This document shows, piece by piece, positions 55,346-63,268 of a DNA stretch of 64,000 bases (the stretch's first letter is position 1; the number at the start of each line of letters is the position of its first letter). The translations under genes and the position numbers were made by a program. The notes beneath the pieces were generated by a model. It saw nothing but the letters and a program-made list of their open reading frames with translations, had not been told where the DNA came from and made no database searches. The DNA lies in assembly GCA_001791795.1 (NCBI GenBank), contig MGFH01000236.1:288-64287 (forward strand). Reading direction: 5' to 3'. The stretch is from Candidatus Wallbacteria bacterium GWC2_49_35. GTDB lineage: Bacteria; Muiribacteriota; UBA9980.

Positions 55346-56194
55346 ATGAGTAAATATATTAATAAATTCGAATATAATCCGGTTTTACGGATCGTTCTGA
55401 CCGCCGCCGTTATTTTTTTTGCGGCGTCCCTTTCGGCTTCTCATTATTGCGTTCCCGCGGCGGCAGCGGACGCTTCAATCGCGAAATATTACGAAACGGT
55501 GACGCTTTCGGCCGACGGCGGCGCCTCGGTCAGCGTCGAGCTGACGGCCGGGTTTAAAGGCGCCGAAATGATTCTGCCGGTTTCATACGGCGGCATTAAC
55601 GGAGCCGCCGCGGGAGCGTCTTCAGAAATAAAACTTGAAACGGTCAAAAAAGGAGGCGTGGTTTACCTCAAAATCGCGCCGGAGCTGTTCGACGGTTCAT
55701 CGCCTGTAAAGATTTCATACTCCGCCGCCGGCGTTTTCGATCCTAAACAGATTGTAACCAACGACTTTTCGAATATAGAGACGAAGTATTTTTTCGTCAA
55801 TAATACCGATTTTATAATAGATTCTTTCGAGGCGCTGATTATAATGCCCGCCGGCTTCGCCGTCAATAAGGTCGACGACTACCAGCCTAAACTAAAAAAG
55901 GACGATCCGAGCGATCCGTTCACGCTTGATAAAAAAGAGGGATTTCGCACCGTCAGGGTAAAAACCTCCGCGCTGAAATCGGGGGACCGCGTTTCATTGA
56001 AGTGGAAGATGCAGCCGGAAAAACGCTCGACGGTTTTCATGATCCTTCTTTTAATCGCCGGCATCTGGTATCTTGCGGCTTTTACCGAAGTGATCAATCC
56101 GCGCGAGCACGGCGAACGAGCCGAAGCGCACCGCCATCATAAACACGACGAAATAGCCCGGCAGGACGACAACACCGCCGCCGGCTCGAAGTAA
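55346..56194 (+). CDS. Membrane-anchored hypothetical protein (DUF2207-like layout), His-rich tail
   Basis: Signal/anchor ...VIFFAASLSASHY, a beta-rich ectodomain, a C-terminal TM segment VFMILLLIAGIWYLAAF, and a tail EHGERAEAHRHHKHDE. Confidence 0.6.
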   Translation: MSKYINKFEYNPVLRIVLTAAVIFFAASLSASHYCVPAAAADASIAKYYETVTLSADGGASVSVELTAGFKGAEMILPVSYGGINGAAAGASSEIKLETVKKGGVVYLKIAPELFDGSSPVKISYSAAGVFDPKQIVTNDFSNIETKYFFVNNTDFIIDSFEALIIMPAGFAVNKVDDYQPKLKKDDPSDPFTLDKKEGFRTVRVKTSALKSGDRVSLKWKMQPEKRSTVFMILLLIAGIWYLAAFTEVINPREHGERAEAHRHHKHDEIARQDDNTAAGSK

Positions 56195-56272
56195 AAAGAT
56201 CGGCCGCGGCAAATTGCTAATAAGTTTCAAATATACATGTAAAAAAGAAAAAATCATGTACAGGGGATAAAA

Positions 56273-56875
56273 ATGTCAGAAGTAAAACCGCGTTTCGAGT
56301 TCAGGACCTTCGCACAAAATTTCGGAATGGTGATAAATAAAATGAGAAAACTTTCTCCGGTCGATAAGATCAGGGAAAGTTCCGAAATTTACATAATGTC
56401 CGCCGGCAACAACGAAAATAATACCAAGGTGCGCGACGATTTAATGGATATAAAAGTTTTCGTGACGCGCGAGCGCGGCCTCGAACAGTGGAACCCGCGC
56501 ATGAAAGGCTCGTTTCCGATGAAGGCTTCCGTGATCGGCGCGGAGGTCTTTGCGGCCTTCGGTGTTGCCGTTTCGGATTTTAAACGCGAAGAGTACACGC
56601 TGGCGCAGTTTCTCGATGAGATCATAAGGCCGCATAAAGATCTTGCCGCGGTAAAGGTTTTCAAGCGCAGATACGGTTTTACGGTCAATAACTGCATAAC
56701 CGAATACGCGGAGCTGCTCATAAATGGCGCCGCCATCCAGACGGTCGCGGTCGAATCGGTGAGCGTCGAAGATATACTCGGGGCGAAAGATATGCTGGGT
56801 CTCAACGATTACGAAAACATAAACTATCTGCTTGCCATAAAACGTATTATAGGCATGGAACCGCTTAACGACTAA
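56273..56875 (+). CDS. Hypothetical protein, possible degenerate CYTH/TTM-fold
   Basis: The N-terminus RFEFRTF occupies the position of ExExK. TKVRDDLMDIKVF and later strands resemble CYTH beta-strand spacing. This is a weak call. Confidence 0.4.
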   Translation: MSEVKPRFEFRTFAQNFGMVINKMRKLSPVDKIRESSEIYIMSAGNNENNTKVRDDLMDIKVFVTRERGLEQWNPRMKGSFPMKASVIGAEVFAAFGVAVSDFKREEYTLAQFLDEIIRPHKDLAAVKVFKRRYGFTVNNCITEYAELLINGAAIQTVAVESVSVEDILGAKDMLGLNDYENINYLLAIKRIIGMEPLND

Positions 56876-56896
56876 CGACTAACGACTAACGACTAA
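56866..56896 (+). repeat. Tandem heptamer (TAACGAC)x4 + TAA
   Basis: Direct read: cttAACGACTAACGACTAACGACTAACGACTAAtatt. The first TAA (56873-56875) is the stop of the upstream CDS. Confidence 0.9.
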
Positions 56897-56917
56897 TATT
56901 GTATCGGAGATGAGAAA

Positions 56918-57388
56918 ATGGCCAAAGAGATCGAAAGAAAGTTTTTAGTTAAAGGTGAAGATTATAAAAAACTGGCTAAAGACGTAAATTACCGTCAGGG
57001 CTACCTTTCAACCGTAAAAGAACGCACTGTTCGAGTCAGGACGGTCGCAAGCGAAGGTTTTTTAACGATCAAGGGGATCACGGTCGGTGCCAGCCGCGCT
57101 GAGTACGAATATAAAATACCGGCCGCCGACGCCAATGAGATGCTCGACAATCTCTGCGAAAAGCCTATCGTCGAAAAGAACCGCTATAAAATACCTGCGG
57201 GAAGGCACACGTGGGAGGTCGATGAATTTCTGGGAGTGAACCAGGGACTCGTCGTCGCGGAAATTGAGCTCGCCTCGGAAGACGAAGCGTTTGAAAAGCC
57301 CTCGTGGGCTGGAGAAGAAGTTACCGGCGATCCGAAATACTTCAATTCGAATCTCATCAAGAACCCGTACACTAAGTGGAGCAATTAA
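56918..57388 (+). CDS. CYTH-domain protein (triphosphate tunnel metalloenzyme family)
   Basis: MAKEIERKFLV (ExExK), RVRTV...LTIKG, EYEY, WEVDEF...VVAEIEL. Confidence 0.85.
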   Translation: MAKEIERKFLVKGEDYKKLAKDVNYRQGYLSTVKERTVRVRTVASEGFLTIKGITVGASRAEYEYKIPAADANEMLDNLCEKPIVEKNRYKIPAGRHTWEVDEFLGVNQGLVVAEIELASEDEAFEKPSWAGEEVTGDPKYFNSNLIKNPYTKWSN

Positions 57389-57413
57389 TTGCACCTCGGA
57401 AGGGAGCTTTTTT

Positions 57414-58346
57414 ATGAATAATAAAAACAAAATTACGTCCCGGTTTAAATTGCATGAATCGCATACGGGTAAGGTCGTTCTGGTTTTCGCCGCTATTTTT
57501 GTTTTAACACTCGCCTTATCCCCGGCCTTTGCCGGCGGTGACACAGTTCTTAATTCGCGGGAATGCAAGGTATTGCTTTTAGCCGGCAGGTTCACCGACT
57601 GTCAGCCGGCCGCCCGCGATTTCTGGGCGCTGTCCGAAAAAGCCGCGAGGGCATGTGGAATAGAAACGGCCGTGCAGCACGGCGATATAGAAGAAGAACG
57701 CTGCGCCGTATGGTTCATCGACACCGAACAGTTCGTACTTTATAAGACCGGGCTTGTTTTGCGCCGGCGCAAAGAGGGCGGCAGATTCAATTATACCTTC
57801 AAATATCGTGATCTCGATATGGCAGCGGCAGCGGCTAAAAACGTATCGCCAGCTTCCGAATTCAAGGGCAAGACTTCTTTCGAAGAAGACGTGGTTGTCA
57901 AGCCTGATAAATTTGAGCGCATTTTTTCTAAAAGCGGAAAGGCCGATCTGAAAAAGGACGTTCCGATGACGGCAGATTCGCTCGTAAAGATATTTCCGGG
58001 AATGGCCTCTTTTATGTCAAAAAAAAGGACGGAACTCGCCGTTGTCAATGGAGTTAAAATAGATGAACTTACCTTCGATTACGGGACTATCTTTCTTACG
58101 CCCGTGATAAAGGCGAAGGCGTCTTTTACCGTCTGGTATCTTGCCGGCGAAAAAACGCCCGTTATCGCCGAGTTTTCATACAAGTACAAGTACGACGGAG
58201 CGGGTTCCGAATCTGAACTCGCCATGGTCCATCACGCCTCAGATAAATTCCTGGCCGCCCTGCGCGCCGAAATTAAACCATGGCTTGCGGCCGGCCAGAC
58301 CAAAACCGGGTTCGTATACAAGTTCACTAGCGGCAATAACGAATAA
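57414..58346 (+). CDS. Secreted CYTH-like protein
   Basis: I place the start at ATG 57414 after GGAAGGGAG. Signal peptide VVLVFAAIFVLTLALSPAFAGG; VWFIDTEQFVLYKTGLVLRRRKEGGRFNYTFKYR matches the CYTH YfDT...LRiR...lTlK pattern. Confidence 0.6.
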   Translation: MNNKNKITSRFKLHESHTGKVVLVFAAIFVLTLALSPAFAGGDTVLNSRECKVLLLAGRFTDCQPAARDFWALSEKAARACGIETAVQHGDIEEERCAVWFIDTEQFVLYKTGLVLRRRKEGGRFNYTFKYRDLDMAAAAAKNVSPASEFKGKTSFEEDVVVKPDKFERIFSKSGKADLKKDVPMTADSLVKIFPGMASFMSKKRTELAVVNGVKIDELTFDYGTIFLTPVIKAKASFTVWYLAGEKTPVIAEFSYKYKYDGAGSESELAMVHHASDKFLAALRAEIKPWLAAGQTKTGFVYKFTSGNNE

Positions 58347-58374
58347 TGCCGGCATAAAATATAGGACCGCCCGC

Positions 58375-58440
58375 CTGAAAATTTTATTGAAACAAATTTG
58401 AGATTTTGTTAGTATATAATTATATGTAACAAAATTTCAG
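58375..58440. repeat. AT-rich nested palindrome upstream of the M23 peptidase gene
   Basis: ATTTTGTTAgTATATAATTATATgTAACAAAAT (58403-58435) is nearly perfect. The outer arm CTGAAAATTTT (58375-58385) pairs with AAAATTTCAG (58431-58440). Confidence 0.6.
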
Positions 58441-58494
58441 ACGTTAAAAATAAATAAATAATATAAATCACATTTTTTAAAAAGGGGTGGCGCT

Positions 58495-59589
58495 ATGTTT
58501 ACGAATAATATAAAGCCTTTATTTCCGGCGTTGTGCGTCTTAATGATCCTCGTCTCGCTTCTGATCTATCATGAAGCGCGCGCGAACATTAACGAATTGA
58601 ACGAAGCCATCGATTCGAACCAGATACAACAGGGCGGAGCTTCCGCTTCGACGACCAGCTCGTCCGGAACTGCGGCTTCGGGCGCGGCGGCAGCCTCGTC
58701 TTCTTCTCAGGCTGCATCAGCCGCTGCGGCCGAAGCCGATAACAGCGGCGTTGTAATGGGCAGTTATCTCAACGTTCGCGTGGAGCCGTGGGGAACTATA
58801 ATCGGCCGCCTGAAACAGGGCGAAAAGATAAATATACTCGCGACCGAGGGCGACTGGTACAAAATAAAATACAACGGCCGCGATGCTTATATCCATTCGG
58901 GTTATATAGCGACAAAAAATAAAGTCTCGGTCGCGTTCTGCGGTTACATCAACACTCCCGGCGGCTGCCTCAACGTAAGGACCGGCCCGTGGGGAACCAT
59001 AATAGGCAAGCTTTCCGACAGCGCAAAGGTCGAGGTTCTCGGCCGCGAGGGCGACTGGTATAAAATTCGCTATAACGGAAAAGACGCCTACATATACGCC
59101 AAATACGCGCAGAAAAACAAACCCGCCCCGAGCGCGGCGTCTCCGTCCAAGCCGTCTCCGGCCCCGGCCTCTACCGCCAAACCTTCGTCGGGCAACGCCG
59201 GGCTCAGCGCGCCGCTTGGCGGTTCGTTCAAGGTCGGAAGCAAGTTCGGGATGCGCTTTCATCCCATACTCAAATATAACCGCATGCATTACGGCGTCGA
59301 TATAGGCAAGCCGACCGGGACGCCCCTTCTGGCCATGGGCGACGGAAAGGTAATTTATTCCGGCTGGTGCAACGGCGGCGGCTACATGGTAAAGATAAAA
59401 TACAACAACGGATACACATCCACCTTTATGCACTGCCTGCCTTCGGGCGCAAAGGCGGTCGGAACGAAAGTTTCGGCGGGTCAGCAGGTCGCGAAGGTCA
59501 ATAACACTGGTATGTCGACCGGATCTCACCTGCATCTGGAGATCACCAACCCTTCCGGTCAGAGAATAGATCCGCAGAAAGTCCTTTAA
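58495..59589 (+). CDS. Secreted peptidoglycan endopeptidase: 2 x SH3b + M23 peptidase domain
   Basis: Two units LNVRxxPWGTIIGxL...GDWYKI(K/R)YNG(R/K)DAYI, then HYGVDIG...GSHLHLEI. Confidence 0.9.
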   Translation: MFTNNIKPLFPALCVLMILVSLLIYHEARANINELNEAIDSNQIQQGGASASTTSSSGTAASGAAAASSSSQAASAAAAEADNSGVVMGSYLNVRVEPWGTIIGRLKQGEKINILATEGDWYKIKYNGRDAYIHSGYIATKNKVSVAFCGYINTPGGCLNVRTGPWGTIIGKLSDSAKVEVLGREGDWYKIRYNGKDAYIYAKYAQKNKPAPSAASPSKPSPAPASTAKPSSGNAGLSAPLGGSFKVGSKFGMRFHPILKYNRMHYGVDIGKPTGTPLLAMGDGKVIYSGWCNGGGYMVKIKYNNGYTSTFMHCLPSGAKAVGTKVSAGQQVAKVNNTGMSTGSHLHLEITNPSGQRIDPQKVL

Positions 59590-59628
59590 TTTGAATTTAT
59601 TGACGGTTTGAGCAAGGAGAGAAATCAA

Positions 59629-60660
59629 TTGGAGAAATCAATTAAATATATATTCATAGTTTGCGTTATTTGTCTTGCGGCCATAGCGGGACCGGCCTCT
59701 GCCGCCGATATGAAAACGGCGGCCGCGCCTGAAAAGATAGCGACTTCAAGTTCTTCGACCGCCGAGGTCTGTGCCCTCGATATCGGCCGCGCCACCGGCG
59801 AAGTTTTCTTTCCGCTTGGCGAGGAATCCAACTTTGAAAGCGACGGGCCTTCCTCGATGGCCGTAGATAAAGAAGGCAAAATCTATATTCTCGACACGTT
59901 CAATTTCAGGGTGCTTGTCGTCGCCGACGGAAAGCTCGTGAAAACGGTCAATTATCCCGAATGCGAAACCAAAACCAAAAAATATTTCGGCCGCGACATA
60001 GCGGTTTCGCCTGACGGCAAAAGCATATATATTTTAAACCACACGGCGAAAAATATATTCATATATTCGAATGAAGGAATATTAACCGGCACAGTCAATC
60101 TGGCGGAAGAAATAGCCGGGCCTCACAAAATTTCGGTAACGCCCGCCGGCGATATCGCCGTTCGCGACGAAGAAGGGCCCGCCGTCGCTATATATTCGAA
60201 GGACGGAAAGTTCAAATCCCTCACCGAAGGAGCTTACACCGCCAATATTTTAAACGGTGAAGGCTATCTTTACGCGCTCGGCGAGTTCGACGAGAACGGC
60301 CGCGATATAATACTTATCGATCCCATGAGAGCCCGTAACCCACGCCCGTACGCAAGAATTGTGAACACCGTTGCGAAAATGACGGCCTTCGATTACCAGA
60401 TAATCGGCGCGGATTCAGATTTCAACCTTTATGCGCTGGTGGTCGAGCAGCCGCAGTTCGACGTTTCGCGGCCGGTCATAACTAAATTCGATAAGAATGG
60501 AAAGATGGTTTCACGCTTTACGATACCGAATTTCTTCGGGCTCGGCACGGCGCTTCCGGCCCGCCAGTATGCGGTTTCGCCGGCGGGCGGCTTTTACGTG
60601 TTCGAACTCGGTCCCGGCGCGAAGAAGTTTTTTGTTTATAAGATCACCGAAGCAAGATAA
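59629..60660 (+). CDS. Secreted NHL-repeat-like beta-propeller protein
   Basis: The TTG at 59629 lies 7 nt after AAGGAGAG (the track start 59608 is in frame). Signal peptide IFIVCVICLAAIAGPASA. Repeats include MAVDKEGKIYILDTFNFRVLVV, IAVSPDGKSIYILN and ISVTPAGDIAVRD. Confidence 0.6.
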   Translation: MEKSIKYIFIVCVICLAAIAGPASAADMKTAAAPEKIATSSSSTAEVCALDIGRATGEVFFPLGEESNFESDGPSSMAVDKEGKIYILDTFNFRVLVVADGKLVKTVNYPECETKTKKYFGRDIAVSPDGKSIYILNHTAKNIFIYSNEGILTGTVNLAEEIAGPHKISVTPAGDIAVRDEEGPAVAIYSKDGKFKSLTEGAYTANILNGEGYLYALGEFDENGRDIILIDPMRARNPRPYARIVNTVAKMTAFDYQIIGADSDFNLYALVVEQPQFDVSRPVITKFDKNGKMVSRFTIPNFFGLGTALPARQYAVSPAGGFYVFELGPGAKKFFVYKITEAR

Positions 60661-60693
60661 AAAGCCTATTTACAAGGTGTTCCCGTTTTAGAT

Positions 60694-60715
60694 CGCGGCC
60701 TCGAAACAGGCCGCG
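60694..60715. terminator. Bidirectional hairpin between convergent genes
   Basis: CGCGGCCtcgaaacaGGCCGCG followed by TTTCTT. Confidence 0.5.
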
Positions 60716-60719
60716 TTTC

Positions 60720-61238
60720 TTATTTGCGTGCGCCTTTTTTCAGCAGCCTCAGAATGGGTTCCCTTCCCGGCCGGGCGGCCAGCGCGAGAGGCGTTTCGCC
60801 GCTTTTGTCTGCGACGGCGGCGTCAGCTTTAGCCTCGGCAAGCAGCTTTACCGATTCGATGTCGATGGTTTCCACCGCAAGGTGAAGCGGCGTGCGCCCT
60901 TTTTTGTCTTTCGCGTTAACGTCCGCGCCCCTTTCGATCAATAGTTTCACAGCGGCGCTTTTCGAAGCGTATGCCGCGATGTGAAGCGGCGTCATTCCTT
61001 TAGAGTCGGCCTTGTTCAACGCGTCGGGATTAGTCACCAGAACGCTTTTCAATTTTTCGACGTTTCCGCGCTTCGCCGCGTCGAAGATCTGCCCGCCGTG
61101 CCACATGAGAGCCAGATAGCCGATCCCGGCCAGCACGACTATGACCGCGTTAACTATTATACGCGAGACCCACATGCTTCGCGAGCCGCTGTAGCGGACT
61201 CCGAGAGCTTCCGAGATCTGTCTTTCGAAGAAACTCAT
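60720..61238 (-). CDS. Membrane-anchored ankyrin-repeat protein
   Basis: I place the start at ATG 61238, preceded by GGAGG. TM segment IIVNAVIVVLAGIGYLALMW; ANK units GMTPLHIAAYASKSAAVKLLIERGADVNAKDKKGRTPLHLAV... Confidence 0.75.
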   Translation of the reverse strand: MSFFERQISEALGVRYSGSRSMWVSRIIVNAVIVVLAGIGYLALMWHGGQIFDAAKRGNVEKLKSVLVTNPDALNKADSKGMTPLHIAAYASKSAAVKLLIERGADVNAKDKKGRTPLHLAVETIDIESVKLLAEAKADAAVADKSGETPLALAARPGREPILRLLKKGARK

Positions 61239-61441
61239 AACCGTTACCTCCGTGATAAACTTATACTTTATAAACTTTAAATTTACAAACGAATCTTTCA
61301 GCAAACCGCTAGCGGAATGCAAATTTTATTTAAGTCCGAGACATGATTTTACAATATATTTTCATTTTTTTCAACTTTTAATATTTCATCATGTCAAATT
61401 TTCATCAGGCTTCAAGCGTAACGCGTCGTGAAAAATATCAA

Positions 61442-61470
61442 TTGACATTTGATGATTAAAGATATAAAAT
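61442..61470 (+). promoter_or_regulatory. sigma70-like promoter for mscL
   Basis: TTGACA (61442-61447), 17-nt spacer, TAAAAT (61465-61470). Confidence 0.55.
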
Positions 61471-61534
61471 TGTTTAATTAATTAAAAACACAGGATCGTT
61501 CATAATACCAGATTGCTATATGGAGGTAAAAAAA

Positions 61535-61960
61535 ATGGGATTTATAAGTGAATTTCGCGAATTCGCGGTAAAGGGCAATGTCATGGACATGGCCGTCGGC
61601 GTTATAATCGGCGGCGCGTTCGGTAAGATCATTGCTTCCGCCGTATCAGATGTGATAATGCCCCCTATAGGTCTTCTTACCGGCGGCGTCAACTTCACCG
61701 AAATAAAATTAACGATGAAAAACGCCGTGATAGACGCCGCGGGCAAGGTAGTGAACCCTCCCGTCACACTAAACATCGGAAATTTTTTGCAGGTCATGGT
61801 TGATTTCGCCATACTTGCCTTCGCCGTTTTTCTTCTCGTTAAAATGATAAATACTCTGAAAAAAAGGGTCGGCGATGAAGCACCGCCGCCGGCTCCGTCC
61901 GAACCGCCCAAGCAGGAGCTGCTTCTCGCCGAGATCAGAGATCTGCTTAAGCGGAAATAA
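61535..61960 (+). CDS. mscL: Large-conductance mechanosensitive channel
   Basis: [33 protein letters not shown] prefer the ATG at 61535 because GGAGG lies 8 nt upstream; the track start is 61520. Confidence 0.9.
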   Translation: MGFISEFREFAVKGNVMDMAVGVIIGGAFGKIIASAVSDVIMPPIGLLTGGVNFTEIKLTMKNAVIDAAGKVVNPPVTLNIGNFLQVMVDFAILAFAVFLLVKMINTLKKRVGDEAPPPAPSEPPKQELLLAEIRDLLKRK

Positions 61961-62005
61961 TACAGTTAAGTTCTGTTCATAAATAAGATAACGAATTCAA
62001 ATTCA

Positions 62006-62040
62006 GCGCGGCCGTTTTTAACGACCGCGTCTTATTTTAT
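62006..62040 (+). terminator. Rho-independent terminator after mscL
   Basis: GCGCGGCCGtttttaaCGACCGCGT (one mismatch) followed by CTTATTTTAT. Confidence 0.5.
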
Positions 62041-62123
62041 CGATTTTTATGCCGATAATATACAGGATAACATAGATAATAGGAGCGGATTTTCAGGAGA
62101 TGGTCACAGGTCCGAATTACCGT

Positions 62124-62153
62124 TTGACATTCGGAGTTGTTGTATTGTACAAT
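62124..62153 (+). promoter_or_regulatory. sigma70-like promoter with ~95-nt GC-rich leader
   Basis: TTGACA (62124-62129), 18-nt spacer, TACAAT (62148-62153). Confidence 0.5.
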
Positions 62154-62253
62154 GACCTATTCCACTGTTCGAGCCGCAGGCGTGCCGGGGTCACCTTATC
62201 GCGCGCGGCAAGGCAGGGCGGAAATTCGTTTTTTAACAAGGAGAGTGTTGGTC

Positions 62254-63114
62254 TTGAAGTTTTTGAAGGTATTTATCATGCTCGCGGTTCTTATTATGGT
62301 TCCCTCAGCGGTTATTGCCGCGGACGCTATCAGCGGCGATTTCAAATTGGTTTCCGTCGATAACGTTTCCATTTCCGAGATCAGGGTAACTCTGGAAGGC
62401 GTCCACTCGCAGGGCTCGTTTTCCGCCGGAAAGACCTATATCGACAGATGGGCCGTCCCGGCCGAACTTATCGAAAAGAATTTCATCCCGGTAAAGCGCG
62501 AATGGATAGCGCTCGAAGGCAAGGGCATAATGAGCTGGGAAACGCTCGAACGCGCCGGATACCAGGCTTCCCTCTATCTCGATAAAGGTCTCATCGCCAG
62601 CGGCAACATGAAATTCAAATGCGCCATCATCCTTAAAAACGACGGCACCATGCCCGAAGAGTCCGCCGCTCCGCAGCTTGTCAGCCCGACCTCCGGAGTT
62701 TTCAAATATCGGCAGGGCGACTACATTTCAATGAAATGGAGCGGAAAAGGCCCGAATTACCGCATAGAGATATTCGATGAAACTTCCGGCAAAACGATTT
62801 ATGCCTCCGCCAGCCGCACTCCCGATAAACTTATAAACACCAGGATGTTCGATCGCAACCGCCGCTATATATGGAGCGTCCGCCAGGCGGGCGACGGCCT
62901 TAACTTCGGCCCCGCGACTCAGGAAAAATTCTCTCAGAGGACCTATTCTGAATTCGTATGGAAAACCTGCAGCGCCTGCAACGGCGCCGGCGGCCATTAC
63001 GTGCCCGATCCGCCCGCCCAGCCGCACAAGGCCTGGCAGGTCTGCTACCGCTGCAACGGCACCGGCCGCGAGCAGGTTTTGGAAGACCAGTATTACCTCG
63101 ATTTCAACATGTAA
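62254..63114 (+). CDS. Secreted protein with two C-terminal DnaJ-type CxxCxGxG zinc-finger motifs
   Basis: The TTG at 62254 lies 8 nt after AAGGAGAG. Signal peptide KFLKVFIMLAVLIMVPSAVIAADA. C-terminus CSACNGAGGHYV...CYRCNGTGRE. Confidence 0.6.
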   Translation: MKFLKVFIMLAVLIMVPSAVIAADAISGDFKLVSVDNVSISEIRVTLEGVHSQGSFSAGKTYIDRWAVPAELIEKNFIPVKREWIALEGKGIMSWETLERAGYQASLYLDKGLIASGNMKFKCAIILKNDGTMPEESAAPQLVSPTSGVFKYRQGDYISMKWSGKGPNYRIEIFDETSGKTIYASASRTPDKLINTRMFDRNRRYIWSVRQAGDGLNFGPATQEKFSQRTYSEFVWKTCSACNGAGGHYVPDPPAQPHKAWQVCYRCNGTGREQVLEDQYYLDFNM

Positions 63115-63124
63115 TTTCAATATA

Positions 63125-63153
63125 AACCGCGGATAAAATTTATTGCCGCGGTT
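63125..63153. other. Perfect 8-bp hairpin in convergent intergenic region
   Basis: AACCGCGGataaaatttattgCCGCGGTT. Confidence 0.4.
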
Positions 63154-63175
63154 ATGAGAACTCGGATTCATTTAT

Positions 63176-63217
63176 AAAACTGCCGGCCTTTTCGAATGAA
63201 AAAGCCGGCAGTTTTTA
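63176..63217. terminator. Bidirectional rho-independent terminator
   Basis: AAAACTGCCGGCcttttcgaatgaaaaaGCCGGCAGTTTTT, with an A-run and a U-run on either side. Confidence 0.65.
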
Positions 63218-63268
63218 TTTTGCTTATATTACTTTTTATATCCGGTTATATTCGGTTTTTACATAACC

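Noticed and set aside
57264-57413. Upstream extension of the secreted CYTH-like ORF.
   Set aside because: It overlaps the 3' end of the canonical CYTH gene. The ATG at 57414 has a GGAAGGGAG RBS and gives a signal peptide.
58717-59628. 303-aa minus-strand ORF.
   Set aside because: It is antisense to the SH3b-M23 peptidase, whose motifs are unambiguous.
61239-61322. Upstream extension of the ankyrin ORF.
   Set aside because: The internal ATG at 61238 is preceded by GGAGG at ideal spacing, and the extension has no RBS.
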